DNA of 47,419 nt from Paecilomyces variotii (lineage: Eukaryota), in the NCBI GenBank assembly GCA_004022145.1, contig RCNU01000014.1. One strand, given 5' to 3'. Both the position numbers and the translations under genes were made by a program. Shown here piece after piece: positions 1 through 12,420 of this stretch (its first letter is position 1; every line of letters starts with the position of its first letter). The notes under the pieces were generated by a model, which worked only from the letters and a program-made list of their open reading frames with translations, was not told where the DNA came from and did not search any database.

Positions 1-2200
1 TTCCTTAGCTGTTTTACTTATCTTTTTACTGCTTCTTACCCCTTTTCTTGGCTTTGGCCTCGACCTCAGCTTCTAGTTTTCCTTTCTCCCTTATTTCTGC
101 TTAATATTTTAACACCCCCCGTGTTTAGCTCTAATTTATTATGGAAAGATATATTAAGACTTAGCATAGAGTTTTTAAGCGAGTAGATATTAAGAAGAAA
201 AAGAAGGGGATTTAGCTTCGGAGCTTAGAGTAGAGCTAGAGGAGAAGCTCTAGCTATAGACTGATATAATAAACCAATAATAATCTAATACTGAACTGAT
301 ACTAAACAATAATAGAAAGGAAAAGCTGATTATTTTATTCTGAATAACTAAAAAGTATTATCTCCCTCTTCTCCTGCTTTGCTTGTAGACCTTTTAAAGA
401 CTTCAAGCAAAAGCATATAACCTCTTGACTAATTACATTCTTCACACCGATCCTCCCTACTACAATACTACTAGCAGTATTGCCCTGCTAATAGCTATAA
501 CTAGCTCTTATATCTATATTAGTACTTGCGCCTTTTAATAGTACTAAAAGAGCCTATCTATATATTCTTATATAAACAGTATTAATAATAGCCTGCTATA
601 TATATACTAAGATTCCTTTTATTCTTAATATATACCTGTCTTAATATATTATATCTAATAATAAAATTACTCTATAGGCTTACTTAGCTTAATATAAATT
701 AGTATTACTAGCTTTAAATCTAACTCTTCTTATAACTTATTTTTAATAGCCTTATTATTTATTATACTTACTTTTCTTAATAGTATAATCTTTTATATAA
801 GATAATTATTTAATAGAAGTTTATTTACTATAGTAAATAAAAAGATTAAGTTTTATATTTATTAATAAGCCTTAACTAAATTATAATAAAACTCCTCTTC
901 TAATAATTAATACTATTTATCTAAAGAATAAGCTAATTTATTATATATCTCCTTAAGTAGGTTTATATATTATACTAATACTCTGCCCTTTAAGTAAAAG
1001 GGTAAAATATTTAATACTATATATACTCCTTTATAAAAAGCTATAATCTTAATTCTCCTAGTAAAAAATTAAATATTTTTATCTATTAGGTTAAAAATTA
1101 TAATATCTTTTAGTTTTAACTATTATTAATATTATTTATCTCTATACTAGGATTTAGTATTATAAGGCTTTTTTTTTATATATTAGTCTCTATAATCTAC
1201 TGCTTTATATATATTATTTATATAATAAGCAATTATATAATTAGCATTGGCCTAATCTAAAGCTTAGTTAATATTAGCTTAATCTAAAGCTTAATTAGTA
1301 TTAGCCTAATTTAAAGCTTTTAGCTAATTATTCTTATATTAATTATCTTAATTCTAATTTTTTAACTATTATATTTAACTACTTCTTTAACTCCTTAATA
1401 TAATTTTCTAAATAATATTCTTATTCTAAAAAATATTCTAAGAAATATTATTAATAATTTAATTGCCCTATTATTAATAATAATAATATTTACTCTATAA
1501 ACTAAGTATAGCAATCTAGTCCTATATAGAATGCCTGCGCTTATTTAAGTAGGGATACTATTAGGATATTATAACCTATGCCTTACTATATTTAGTATTT
1601 CTATACCTCTATATAGAGGTCTTTTACCTTCTTTAATAGCATTATAACTAAGACACTATTTACTTATATTAGATTAGTTTATATTAGGTAATTATTAACT
1701 AATTTATAAAGATTATCTGTTAATTTATTATAATATATAAATAGCCTATTAATTAATACTGTATAAAATTTAAACTGCTTTATAATATATTATATAGGTG
1801 CCTTTTTATTCTTTCTTAACTTATCTATATTTATATTTTCCTCTTATATTAATTTTTATTAGTTGCTATATAAATTTAATATTATATTAGATATTATATT
1901 AGCAATACTTACAGCAGACATATATAATCCTATTCTTTAATCCCTATAGAAAAGGACATATTATCTAAATATTATATATAGAATTAGGATTATATATAAG
2001 TAATAATAGCAATTAAATTAAATATAAAATTAATTAAGATTAAAGATAAGATAATATAAAGTCTTATATTACTAGCTACAATATTATTCTTTGCTAGAGT
2101 TCCTTTTAACAGTGCAAAATCTTAGCCGGATCTACTATCAGGATATATTACTACTTTGCTGTGCAAATAGGGGGGAAGAGTAATATCAAAAAGTCTAGGT
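1..2200. mobile_element. AT-rich RIP-degraded transposon relic block (left flank)
   Basis: Very low GC, TpA/TAG/TAA-rich and CpA/TpG-poor, no ORF of 60 aa or more in the track. Composition grades back to normal around 2.1-2.3 kb, so the boundary is approximate. Confidence 0.85.
137..464 (-). repeat. LTR copy 1 (~328 bp), least RIP-mutated copy; 5' LTR of an element running off the left edge, or a solo LTR
   Basis: Aligns by eye with 34268-34602 and 35673-36001 (shared tattaagacttag...tttaagcgagta...gagctaga...aagctctagctata). The minus strand begins TGTAGTAGGGAGG; the other end reads TA, consistent with a RIP-mutated TG...CA boundary. No clear target-site duplication. Confidence 0.8.
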
Positions 2201-3599
2201 TCTTCTAATGCTAAAGATATCGCTACATACATAAGGTTATGTAACCTATGTCATGTGCCTCTACACCAGATCTGGCGTAGCAATAAACCGCATTATCATT
2301 ACGGGTTTGCCTCTGAAACTAACAATTCTCTATGGGGTATCAAATACCGGATGCATGATGAATCAATTAGAGGCTTCCTAGGTGTAGGGAAATCCTGTTA
2401 ATATACAGGGTCACACCCTGTTCTTTTTCTTCAGAAGATAGATTTTCGCTGTATACTGGCTTTCAGCGCAGTGTCAGCATCGGACTTTCTAAATCTGGGA
2501 CGCGGTGTAGGAACACAAGGCCCTGGAGGTGGTCCGAACAGGGTCAGAATCATGCAGATAAATAACACCTCTGATGAATAAACTAATCGGAGAAAAACTT
2601 TCCAATGTCGAGCATATATTTAGGTTACCTAGAGTGGAAGATATACCCTTTCAACTGAGCATGTTTCCATGTAATGTTGAGACCTGCAAATCCATCATAT
2701 TTACCTTTGTGGTGCCAAGAAGCTTGCATATATCTAGCCAGTAGTGCCGACCTGCAGTCTGGTCGAGATCGCTTAACAGATGTTGATTCGCTGTTCGCCA
2801 TTCTGGTAGTTCAGCATCTGAGACGAACGTCTATCACCGTGGCAAAGGTATATTTGAGGAAATAGACTAGAGTCTTCCAGATCGACACCGTAATCTCTGA
2901 AATATCTTTCAGAGTTCCGGCAATTAAACTCTTTACTGCCAAATTCAAGTATTTCTAGTAGTGTCTCAATAGTAGAGTTAGAGCCTCACCATCCACGGGG
3001 CATAATGCTAAGGATCCGTTTTAGGAGTCTCATATGCGGGGGATAAATGCAGGCCAAACCAAGTCCGATGGCCTACCTGTGTTTTCTGGGCTATCGAGTC
3101 CTGTTTACACGCGATTGTGTCCCTCGCTATCTGGTAGCTCAAGGATGAGATGCTCTGTCGCCTAAGCTGATTCAAAAGATATCTCGTGACGACAGCCAGC
3201 AATTCGTGATCCTCAAGGTGACAAAGAACTAGAAGATAGTCCTACAGTCACCAGATGAGACGTGATTGCCTAAGAGAATAAAAAGATTATCGCATTTCAG
3301 AGGTGTCTAATATTATTTGCAGAGCGTGGATAGTTACACGAAGATCAGCATATGCGGTGTTGAAGCAAAATGCAAGGCAAAGAGTCTTATATCTTAGTCA
3401 GTTCTTCCTACCAGCCGTATATAGATTAGACATAAATGGCCATCAGTCTGGTTAGTAGACGAGGCTAGGATCAGCTCCCTGCCCCAGTTCCGGGCACGCT
3501 TGGCTACTCCTCTAGGATGCTACTTATGATTTATGGTCTGTCAGCTTGAACACTATTAGGAGTAGACATAGATTCCGCAAAGAGATTATAAACGAGATT

Positions 3600-5174
3600 T
3601 CAACGGAGAAGGAAGGCTAGGGCCTGTCCCCCATAAAGACGATAGAGAAATGCGAGAAAAAGGATGAGGACCGTTGTAGAGTTGAAGAATCTAGTCATCT
3701 TACCAGTTGGTGCACCGCGGTAACTTTGAGGAGGTCGCTTGAATGGAAGTTTTCTTCCGGCGAGCAACGACAATTTTGCCAGATTGCCGTCCGTATAGGG
3801 AGGATAACGAGGAGACATGAGCTTTTCCACAATCCAGCCCAGAATACCGGAAGCCGGCGCGTTCATCGTGGCTCGAGCATGCGAGAAGGTATCGAAGCCC
3901 GCTTTTCCGTGTAATGAGCTGTATCCAGAAGGACCGGTGCCACCAAAAGGAAGAGACTCAACACAAAAATGAAGCATCAGGTCTCCCTGAACCAAAGCTC
4001 CGGATCTCGTCTTCCGTGCGATTTCCTCTGTGACCTTCTTGTTTCCAAACACGTAGAGTGCTAGAGGTTGGTCACGGCTGTTCACAAAGGAACACCCTTC
4101 GTCCATATCCTTTACAGTGATGATGGGAAGAATGGGACCGAAAATCTCGTCGGACATGGAGATGTCGCCTCGAGGGGTGTCCTTGAGGATGGTGGGCTCC
4201 ATAAACTTGATGCTTGCGTCCCGCTCACCACCAATAACAATCGAGCCTTTTGTGGTCTCCAAAATGTTGTTCAGTCGTCCAAATTGCCTTTCATTGACAA
4301 TTCGAGCGTAGTCAGGGGACGACTTGGGACCATTGGGCCAAAACTCACCATAGGCGATTTCGAATTCCTTGATCAACTTGCTTTGAACTCCGGGGGTGCA
4401 GATAATGTAGTCGGGAGCAATACAAGTCTGACCGCAATTGACAGATTTAGCCCACAATATTCTATGGGCGGTAATCTTCAAATCAGCGCTCTCGTCGACA
4501 AAAACAGGACTTTTTCCTCCAAGCTCCAACGTCGTTGGACACAGCCACTGTGCCGCTTTCTCGGCCACAATTTTGCCAACTCGTCCGTTGCCGGTGTAGA
4601 GGATATGCTCCCACCGGAGGTCTAGAAGCTGGCCTGTCTCTTCAACACCACCATTGATAACCCGGGTCATGCGTGGATCCATGTACTTGGGCCAGAGATC
4701 GGCCAGCAAGCTCGCGAAATGAGCGGCAACCTCCGATGGCTTCAGTATCGCGGTGTTGCCGGCGGCTATCGCACTGATCATGGGCCCGATCTGCACAGAG
4801 ATGGGATAGTTCCAAGCTCCAATGACAAGCACGGTCCCCTTAGGCTCCTTGCGCACAGTCGGGCTGTGGAAAGCCCACACTGCACCAGCCCAGCGAGATT
4901 CATTCTTAGCCCAAGAATCAACATTCTGATGTGCTTCAACCGCAGAGTTGGTGGTGACCATGATCTCGGCAAACACAGTTTCGAAACGACAACGACCCAG
5001 ATCCTTCCTGATCGCGTCGGCAAGCGCGTCCACGTTGTCTTTTAGGAGAAAAGAGAGCTGTTTGAGTTGATGCTTGCGGAACTCGATGTCCAGAGTGATA
5101 TGAGAGTCAAAGGAGCGGCGCAGCTCCTCGTGAGCCGCCAGAATCTCGTCCTTGGTATTGTAGCGTAGCTCCAT
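3600..5174 (-). CDS. Aldehyde dehydrogenase, class 3 / fatty aldehyde dehydrogenase (Hfd1-like), intronless, C-terminal membrane anchor
   Basis: 524-aa ORF from ATG 5174 (MELRYNT). Motifs GAWNYP, LKPSE, YTGNGRVG, LELGGKSP (catalytic Glu), NCGQTCIAPDY (catalytic Cys), EIFGPILP, PFGGTGPSG; hydrophobic tail VLILFLAFLYRLY. Confidence 0.93.
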   Translation of the reverse strand: MELRYNTKDEILAAHEELRRSFDSHITLDIEFRKHQLKQLSFLLKDNVDALADAIRKDLGRCRFETVFAEIMVTTNSAVEAHQNVDSWAKNESRWAGAVWAFHSPTVRKEPKGTVLVIGAWNYPISVQIGPMISAIAAGNTAILKPSEVAAHFASLLADLWPKYMDPRMTRVINGGVEETGQLLDLRWEHILYTGNGRVGKIVAEKAAQWLCPTTLELGGKSPVFVDESADLKITAHRILWAKSVNCGQTCIAPDYIICTPGVQSKLIKEFEIAYGEFWPNGPKSSPDYARIVNERQFGRLNNILETTKGSIVIGGERDASIKFMEPTILKDTPRGDISMSDEIFGPILPIITVKDMDEGCSFVNSRDQPLALYVFGNKKVTEEIARKTRSGALVQGDLMLHFCVESLPFGGTGPSGYSSLHGKAGFDTFSHARATMNAPASGILGWIVEKLMSPRYPPYTDGNLAKLSLLAGRKLPFKRPPQSYRGAPTGKMTRFFNSTTVLILFLAFLYRLYGGQALAFLLR

Positions 5175-6290
5175 TGTGACCGGTGTTGGGGAGACGCTGT
5201 GATATTTTTGCAAAGCAGCAACGTGGACGCAATGGCAATGGGATCGACTAATAATAAATAGCTAGGCAGGCGTGGTACGGAGTAACTTAGTACCAGTAGC
5301 TTTGGTACGCTTTTGTACTGGTGGATCTTAGCCCGTCTCATCTCGCATATGCATTGGATAGTACATAGTTACTAACCTGTCACAGATCCACAAGCGTATT
5401 CCCCAAGCTTCCCCGCGGTTCACACGTAAGACGGATAGCTTGGTTAAAAGCATGTGAATGAAACGGTCAATGTGGTCAGATAGGCCATCCACGCACGAGC
5501 GTAATTTGCTGATTAAGTCCAAGTTACCTCGACTTCATCTTCACAGTTCAAATGACCTTACCGATGGCCGACAGCCCTTCAATTTGATTGCAGGCATATA
5601 TTATGTATGCGAACATTCGTAATTCTTGGATCTCCCCCCTCCCTCCTGTACCTTCCTGGCTAACTCCAACTATGGGGATAAATACGCCTCGCTTGCTAGA
5701 GAATCCAAGCATTACTCCGTGGGTAGCTTCAGGCTATCGAGAGAAACTGGTGCATATTCTCAAATAATCGCTGCTGGTGGTAGAACTGCGCAGTTGGCTT
5801 GCGAAATAGTTCAAGGCAGATGTGGCCGTCTTTGAGATGATCGGAGCTCGTAACTTTGCAGCGGTAGCATTGACTGTCATCGCGAAAATGTGAGAGCGAC
5901 CGAGCAATGTGGGAGGGTCGTAATTGAGAAGATCAGATCTTTGGCAGTAGTATGCTGTATTTCTTGTCCGTTCACGGATGTTTAAACACATTAAGTAGTG
6001 GCGGGAACATCGACGGGACAAAGGAAGAGGAATTGGTGGTCGGTCGTGTTAATTCTACTCTGGCCGGCTGCTATGGAGTAGAGCAATAATTATTATCTGG
6101 AGTGATGGACAACAACGGCGATATGCAATATTGCATTGTTACGGGTCGCTTGTTGATGGGGAAAAGGTTTCATCTCCGAGTCTCCGACGGGCTTGCCGTG
6201 GTTCACCTCCTCTTTCTCCCCGCGGATCTCCGCGACCCCACAATCTAGAGTTCCACTGTATGTTAACCCGTAGAAGTCAAGTTCCCTATT

Positions 6291-6292
<2 letters not shown>

Positions 6293-6335
<43 letters not shown>
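6293..6335 (+). repeat. poly(A) tract, 43 nt
   Basis: Uninterrupted A run seen directly. Confidence 0.95.
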
Positions 6336-6336
<1 letters not shown>

Positions 6337-6468
6337 AGAATACATATGGATATGAGATGGTGGAAATGCCGTTCTCCATTATAGTGAAAGAGGTGTATTA
6401 TGAGAAAGCAGAAATGGCTTAACTACACAGTTGAACACCGCTACCGCGTAGGGGTTTACCCGTTGTTG

Positions 6469-7145
6469 TTAAGAGTGATGCGACTGCCAAAGTTGACGAG
6501 AGATACCGGGCCTCTCCTCTTTATAGGGGTTGGGTACATCACCAGTCCTCCCTATTTTCAGTTTCTCCCCGTAAGTCTCCAGAGTCTTCCTACTGTGAAT
6601 CTTATGGAATTGCCCTAAGTAGGTTGCTGAGTTCAGTGTCATTTCATCAAAGGCAGAGACTAATACTCACAGGAACACGATTGCCCGGCGAAGTTCTTCA
6701 AAGGCATCTCGCCACCCGGGTGTACATTAGAAAATTTAGTCACATCGTAGACAATGTTGTCAATGACAATCCCTATGACCAATATCAATGTCTATCCTAC
6801 AAGGAGAACGCTATGAAACTGACATATTGGAGAGCCATTGGCACCATTCGCACTTGCAACCTTTTCCGGGGCGATAAATGGAAGCTCTTTCAGAGCTACA
6901 CGGCCTTCTTGTTGTTCGTCATGAGGGTGTGGATCGCTCTGATGATGGAAGGGAGTGAGACGATGGCGTTTGTGGTGTCTATCGTGTCGTATTTCTCCGT
7001 GTCGAATATTGTCTCGGAATTGTCTATGACTACCATTTCTTTCAGCGGTATGTTCAATATGTGACACCACGGCGCCATCATTATGTTTTGAGGGTGTCGC
7101 TAGGCCAAATCGAGGGGTCTGTTGAATATTAAGATGGAATTCCAT
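6469..7145 (-). CDS. Cytochrome b5-like heme-binding domain protein (at least 2 introns; start may be 7145 or 7262)
   Basis: Manual splicing (introns ~6773-6823 GTCAGT..TAG and 6615-6670 GTGAGT..TAG) gives ...ELPFIAPEKVASANGANGSPI-WIVIDNIVYDVTKFSNVHPGGEMPLKNFAGQSCS-WQFHKIHSRKTLETYGEKLKIGRT...HHS*. This has the b5 signature WIVID..VYDVT.F...HPGG and a second His ligand. The ORF track does not show it as a single gene. Confidence 0.85.
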
Positions 7146-7696
7146 CGTAGATTGTGGTATTTGAAAGCCTAAGAGCTGCGGCAGATCTTGTGTCCAGAGA
7201 AAGAGGTTTATTGGCATTTTGATTCGGTTCAGTTTAACCGTCAAGGTTTGAACATACGACATGAGAATCTATCTCTTTTCTGTGCTTCCTTGCATGCCCG
7301 CTCGGAGTTGCGTGCATAGTCATTTCCGACGTCTCCGACAGGGCAGTAATACTCTAGACCCGATAACTAAGGGCGATCTACTTCCTTTTCTACGTCATTT
7401 ACTACTAGTAAGCCTGGGATTAAGACCGGGGTGCTGCCGACCCCTCAAGATCCGCAGCCGGAGTTACCTTTCTATCTACGAGGACTCCGGTCGAGGTCAA
7501 TAGGAGCCCCGGGTATTGAAATGGAGGGCTGTTGATTGCGGGGAGAGCTTCTCATGCCGAATCAGAAAGTCTATAGATTGGAAACAGGTATATAAATCGT
7601 TGAAAATTCCCCAGTACTTCTTCTGTTTGTTCATGGTCCCGTTTCTATCTTCCTACAAAGCTGGGTTTCATTGCCTATCCATTCGTCGAAATACCC

Positions 7697-10600
7697 ATGG
7701 CATCCAGCATCACAATGTCGTCTCTGCCTAATGGCACACATGTCAACGGCACCTCAAAGCCACTGCATCCAGGAAGAAGCATGGCAGATTGGGGGTCTCC
7801 ACTTCCCACACGCAAGCTTTCTCCCCATGAAGACGTCAAATTTTCCGCTGAATTGCAGCCTCGCGCTCATCGTATGGTTGGTAGGTCACACAGCCAGTAT
7901 CGCAGGGAAAATAACATTATCTCACTCGCGTATAGAAACACCACATGACTCGAAGATACTGTTCCTAAATGTTAAAATGTGGGTTTCAAGCTGGGAACAA
8001 CCGAAGAGACATAGCTGACCTCTGAAGCCTTGATTCAACTGGAGCCGACCCCTACACTGGCGACGTTTATGTTCAAGGTAACAAATACGGACCCTTCTCA
8101 GTGGTGCACTCAAGCTAAAACCTTTTACAGGAGAGCGCATTCGCTATGTTGGAACTGTTCCTGAAGTTGAAAAGTTACAGAATGATCCCAGTGTCGGAGT
8201 TATTCAAGGTAACGGCCGGACATTGATGTCTGGCCTGGGGGATGCTCACACTCACTTGACGTGGAATGGGTCTGCTCTTGGTAAGATGAAAAGACTACTT
8301 TTCCCGAAGATAGTCGTTAACGATCTCGCAGACAATTTAGGGGAGATCGGCGTGGAGGAACATACCATCACGACTGCTCGGTCAGCCATGACGTATTTAG
8401 ATTCGGGGTACACCATGTGAGGATGTTATCATACTCTAGCCTCCCTGATCTTGCCTAATTCGAAATATCCAGGTGTTACGGTGCCGCTTCAGCAAAGGAC
8501 CGCCTGGACTGCGTTATCCGCGACGCCATCAATCAAGGAAGCATCCCAGGTCCTCGTTACCTGGCCAATGGAAAAGAGATTGCTCGAAGAGGGGGAGAAC
8601 TCACTCCAGGAATTACTGCTTTTGCAGATGGTAAGTGACAGGAAGCTAGCCTATGGCTCTACTTTAAGACTAACGATTCACTCTATTGAAGGCCCTCTGG
8701 AGATGCGCGAAGTTATCCGGCATCATGCTAAGCTTGGCGTGGATCAAATAAAATTGAGCATGTCGGGAGAAGAGGTAACACATTTACCTACTCATCATAC
8801 TATGTAATTCTAACCGCTATTAGATTTTGGAGGCTCGCGCCGCTGAAGAATGCTTCTTCGACGAACTTGAGACAGCTGCATGCGTTGATGAGGCACACCG
8901 TCGCGGACTACGAGTTTGTTCTCACGCCCGAGCTCGAGATTCGATTGCTCAGTGCGTAAAATATGGCGTGGACATAATTTATCACGGCAGCTACATTGAC
9001 GAGCCTACCATGGACGAGTTGGAGAAGAATAAGAAGCATCATGTCGTTGCTCCTGCCCTTAATTGGCTTTATGCGACAACCTATGAAGCTGGCCCTTTTG
9101 GTTACTCATTCGACAAAGCTGAAAAAGCTGGCTATAAGAAAGAGTTGGACATTGCTATCAGGGCATGCAAAGAAATGCACGAGAGAGGAATTACTGTTCT
9201 CCCGTATGAAATCCCTTCTCATGGTTGTACATGTACGCTCTCAGATACCAGACTAACACCTATATACCAGAGGAGGAGATTATGGTTTTGCTTGGACGCC
9301 TCATGGTACTTATGCGCGAGACCTGGAACACTTCGTCAAGTTGCTCGATTTTACTCCGATGGAAGCAATCATCGCAGCCACCGCTGGAGTTGGTAAGCTC
9401 TTCATGCAAGAGCATGAGTTGGGAAAAATTCAGCCTGGCTTTTATGCAGACATGATCCTCGTTGATGGCAATCCTTTGGAGGATATTACCATCTTTCAGG
9501 ACCACACAAAACTAAATGTCATCATGATAAATGGCAGAATCCACAAAGCCTCTCCCAAAGACTTCAGTTTTCAGAGCTCTCCCTCCCGTGCACCCGAGCC
9601 GACTTCAAAGCCGAAGAAGAAATTCCACAACTATGTTGCCTACCTTGATGAGCAGAAACGTGCTCGTGTTGGCCACTTGGACATTGACAGCTCTATGATT
9701 ACGCCTTTGGTGATGCTTTCTGGGGCTCCGGTCACCTCTCTTTACGAGGTGATTGAATTAGAGAATGCCGTTGTCGAGTATGGTGACAAGCTGCCTATTT
9801 CCAGCGTCACTATAAGAGCTCCTATTAGCGACCGAGATATCCTGGCCGTTGGTAAGAATTATTTTGACCATGCTATCGAGTTCAACCGCAGCGGATACGA
9901 CTCTAGCGACAAGACCGATCAGCGTAAGTCAAATGTCTCTTCCGCAATGGAAAACATCACTAATGAGGTTTATAGCCACTCATCCGGTCATCTTCACAAA
10001 GCGATCTACGAGTATCGTTGCTCACGGGGACCCAATTTTCCCACATCCCGGATTCACTGGTACTCTAGACTATGAGGGCGAGATTGGTGTTATCATCGGC
10101 AAACCCGGGTTTCAAGTTAAAGAAAAGGATGCCATGGACTATGTGTGGGGATTTACAATTATCAACGACGTGACAGCTCGTGAAAAGCAGAGAGACCACA
10201 AGCAGTTTTATATTGGAAAGTCACCAGATACATTCTGTCCTATGGGCCCGGTTGCAGTTCCAGCAAGCGACCTCCCCAATACCCTTCGAATACAAACCTT
10301 CGTCAATGGAGAAAAGCGCCAGGAAGCTACAACAGATGACCTCATTTTCTCTGTTGCAAAACTCGTCAAAACGATATCCGAATCAAGCACCATTCGACCC
10401 GGAGATATCATCGCTACTGGCACTCCTGCTGGGGTCGGATTTGGCCAGAACCCTCCTAAGTTCCTCAAGCCCGGAGACAAAGGTGAGTTTAACGATCGTT
10501 GTTTCTCATACAAGCTGAACCTAATATGCTATCTGTGCACTATAGTTGAAGTATCCGTCACCGGACTTGGCTGTCTTCAAAACACCATTGGGAGTCCTAC

Positions 10601-11477
10601 GTCAGAGAACGCTGTTGTCAAACAAGTTTCTTTGCAAACCCACCTTGCCACACTCAACCTTGAGAATACAGTCGGTGGATCAGGACTGACGAAGCTTGGT
10701 AAGAAGCAAGTTAACGTCCACAAGATTGGAAACGGCCCAAAGGTTGCAGTCTTCGTTCATGGTCTTGGTGCATCAAGCGAATACTTCACACCCATTATCA
10801 AACACGTGGGCTTTGAAGACCGTTACACAAGCTACATATATGATCTCGAAGGCCATGGATTAACGCCCTCAAATATTGCATCGGTTGTCAACCTTGATAG
10901 CTTTGCTGAGGATCTGGCTAATGTCGTCGACTTTACCGGAGCCACAACTGTTACTGTTTTCGCTCATTCTCTGGGTTGCCTGATAGCGATGGCTTTCGCC
11001 GCTCGCAACTGCGGCAAGATTGACCGAATGATCCTAATGGGACCACCCCCCTGCCCTCTGCCAGAACAAAGTAAAGTCGCTATGACAAAGCGCGCAGCTG
11101 CGGTTCGAGAGAAAGGCATGATGGGCTCCGGAACCGCTGATGCTGTCGGTAATGCCGGGACATCTAGCACTACTAAGATATATCAGCCTGTTGCTTACGC
11201 AGCTGTTCGCGCGTCTCTTCTAGCAACTCATCCAGAGGGTTATGCCAAGGCCTGCATGGCACTCGCTGGAATTTCCTCGTCGATAGAACTTGAAAGACTC
11301 ACAATGCCCATCCTACTCATGACAGGTGATGAAGACAAAACATCACCAGTTGCAGTGGTGAAAAATCTTCATGAGAAGCTTCCGGGATCACATATGGAAG
11401 TCCTTCCTTGCACTGGGCATTGGCATGTCTATGAAAATGCAGACGCTGTAAATCGACACATCAGGACCTTCGCTTGA
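7697..11477 (+). CDS. Three-domain fusion: metal-dependent amidohydrolase + fumarylacetoacetate hydrolase (FAH) family + alpha/beta hydrolase (enol-lactonase-like); ~10 introns
   Basis: Amidohydrolase motifs GLGDAHTH, IKL, SHAR, IYHG, PGGDYGF, GKIQPGFYADMILVDGNPL. FAH motifs VGKNYFDHAIEF, PVIFTK, DYEGEIGVIIGK, INDVTAR, GKSPDTFCPMGP, GDIIATGTPAGVG. Alpha/beta hydrolase motifs FVHGLG, DLEGHG, AHSLG, GDED, GHW. Both domain junctions lie inside open frames (9341-10075 and 9849-11477). Confidence 0.85.
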
Positions 11478-12420
11478 CTAGAGGATAGTCAGGCTGAGCC
11501 CCTTTTCGCAGAGTCTGAGAAATATCAAGACTCGAGGCAGCCGAGTAGCTCAAAGCCTGACAGTGATAGAAGTCTCTTGAACACACTTTCTTTCATTGTA
11601 CTGATTTCCCTTTGCCTTGTCCTGCCTGTTTTCTTCTTTTGCCTCGTTTTCTTCTAACCATGTCATTTATCTCGTCTATCCCTTTTCAGTTCCAGGAATT
11701 CCTCGTTCTTCATGTCTTAAAATGCGCTCGCCATCGTCTTGTTCTTGTTGTTGTTATTTGAAATGATCCAACTATTCTATAGGACCAACCTATAGAATTT
11801 CAAGCGTTCTTCCAGCTTTGTTCATCACTTTAAGGTCAAGGGTGAACTAAGGCGCTAAGACATGGAATAATAAGATATTTGATTGACTATCTTCTCAACT
11901 GTTCAATGAAGACAGTAGTTTCGAGAAACAGTAGCTCGGAAGTTATAAGGATTTAGTTTCGTTGACAAAAAGAACAAGTTGGTCTATGATGGTTCTAATA
12001 TTTTCTAGACCTTTTAACTGTCAACATCGAGCTTATGATTATTGGACACAAGCATTATGTTGGCGCGAAACTGCTTTATTGGAGGCGAGGTGTAAAGCAC
12101 CACTACCATTATATATATAAAGGATGTAGAGCAAGAATCATCAAGCCACCTATCTCCACCTGTATAAGATCACAGCAGAAACACCAGGAGTAGGAAATGC
12201 GCAGATAATAGGGACGGAAGCAGTCATCAATGCAGAAATCGAACAGCATGAAGTCCTAGGGCATAAATACTCGATAAAGTCCGGTATCCTCTGGTTATTC
12301 AAGCAATCAAGATCATATTCCCGTATGAAATGATTTGCTAGCCATCCTGCTTCTGTGATCCTAGATCACGACAAATTACCGATGATCCCCGGAAAAATTG
12401 ATTGAGAAGCCTTTGTAACG

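Noticed and set aside
2200-3599. Short ORFs 2674-2865 and 3008-3202
   Set aside because: Short, no motifs, in a partially RIP-affected transition zone.
6131-6355. 74-aa poly-Lys ORF
   Set aside because: Artefact of the poly(A) tract; non-ATG start.
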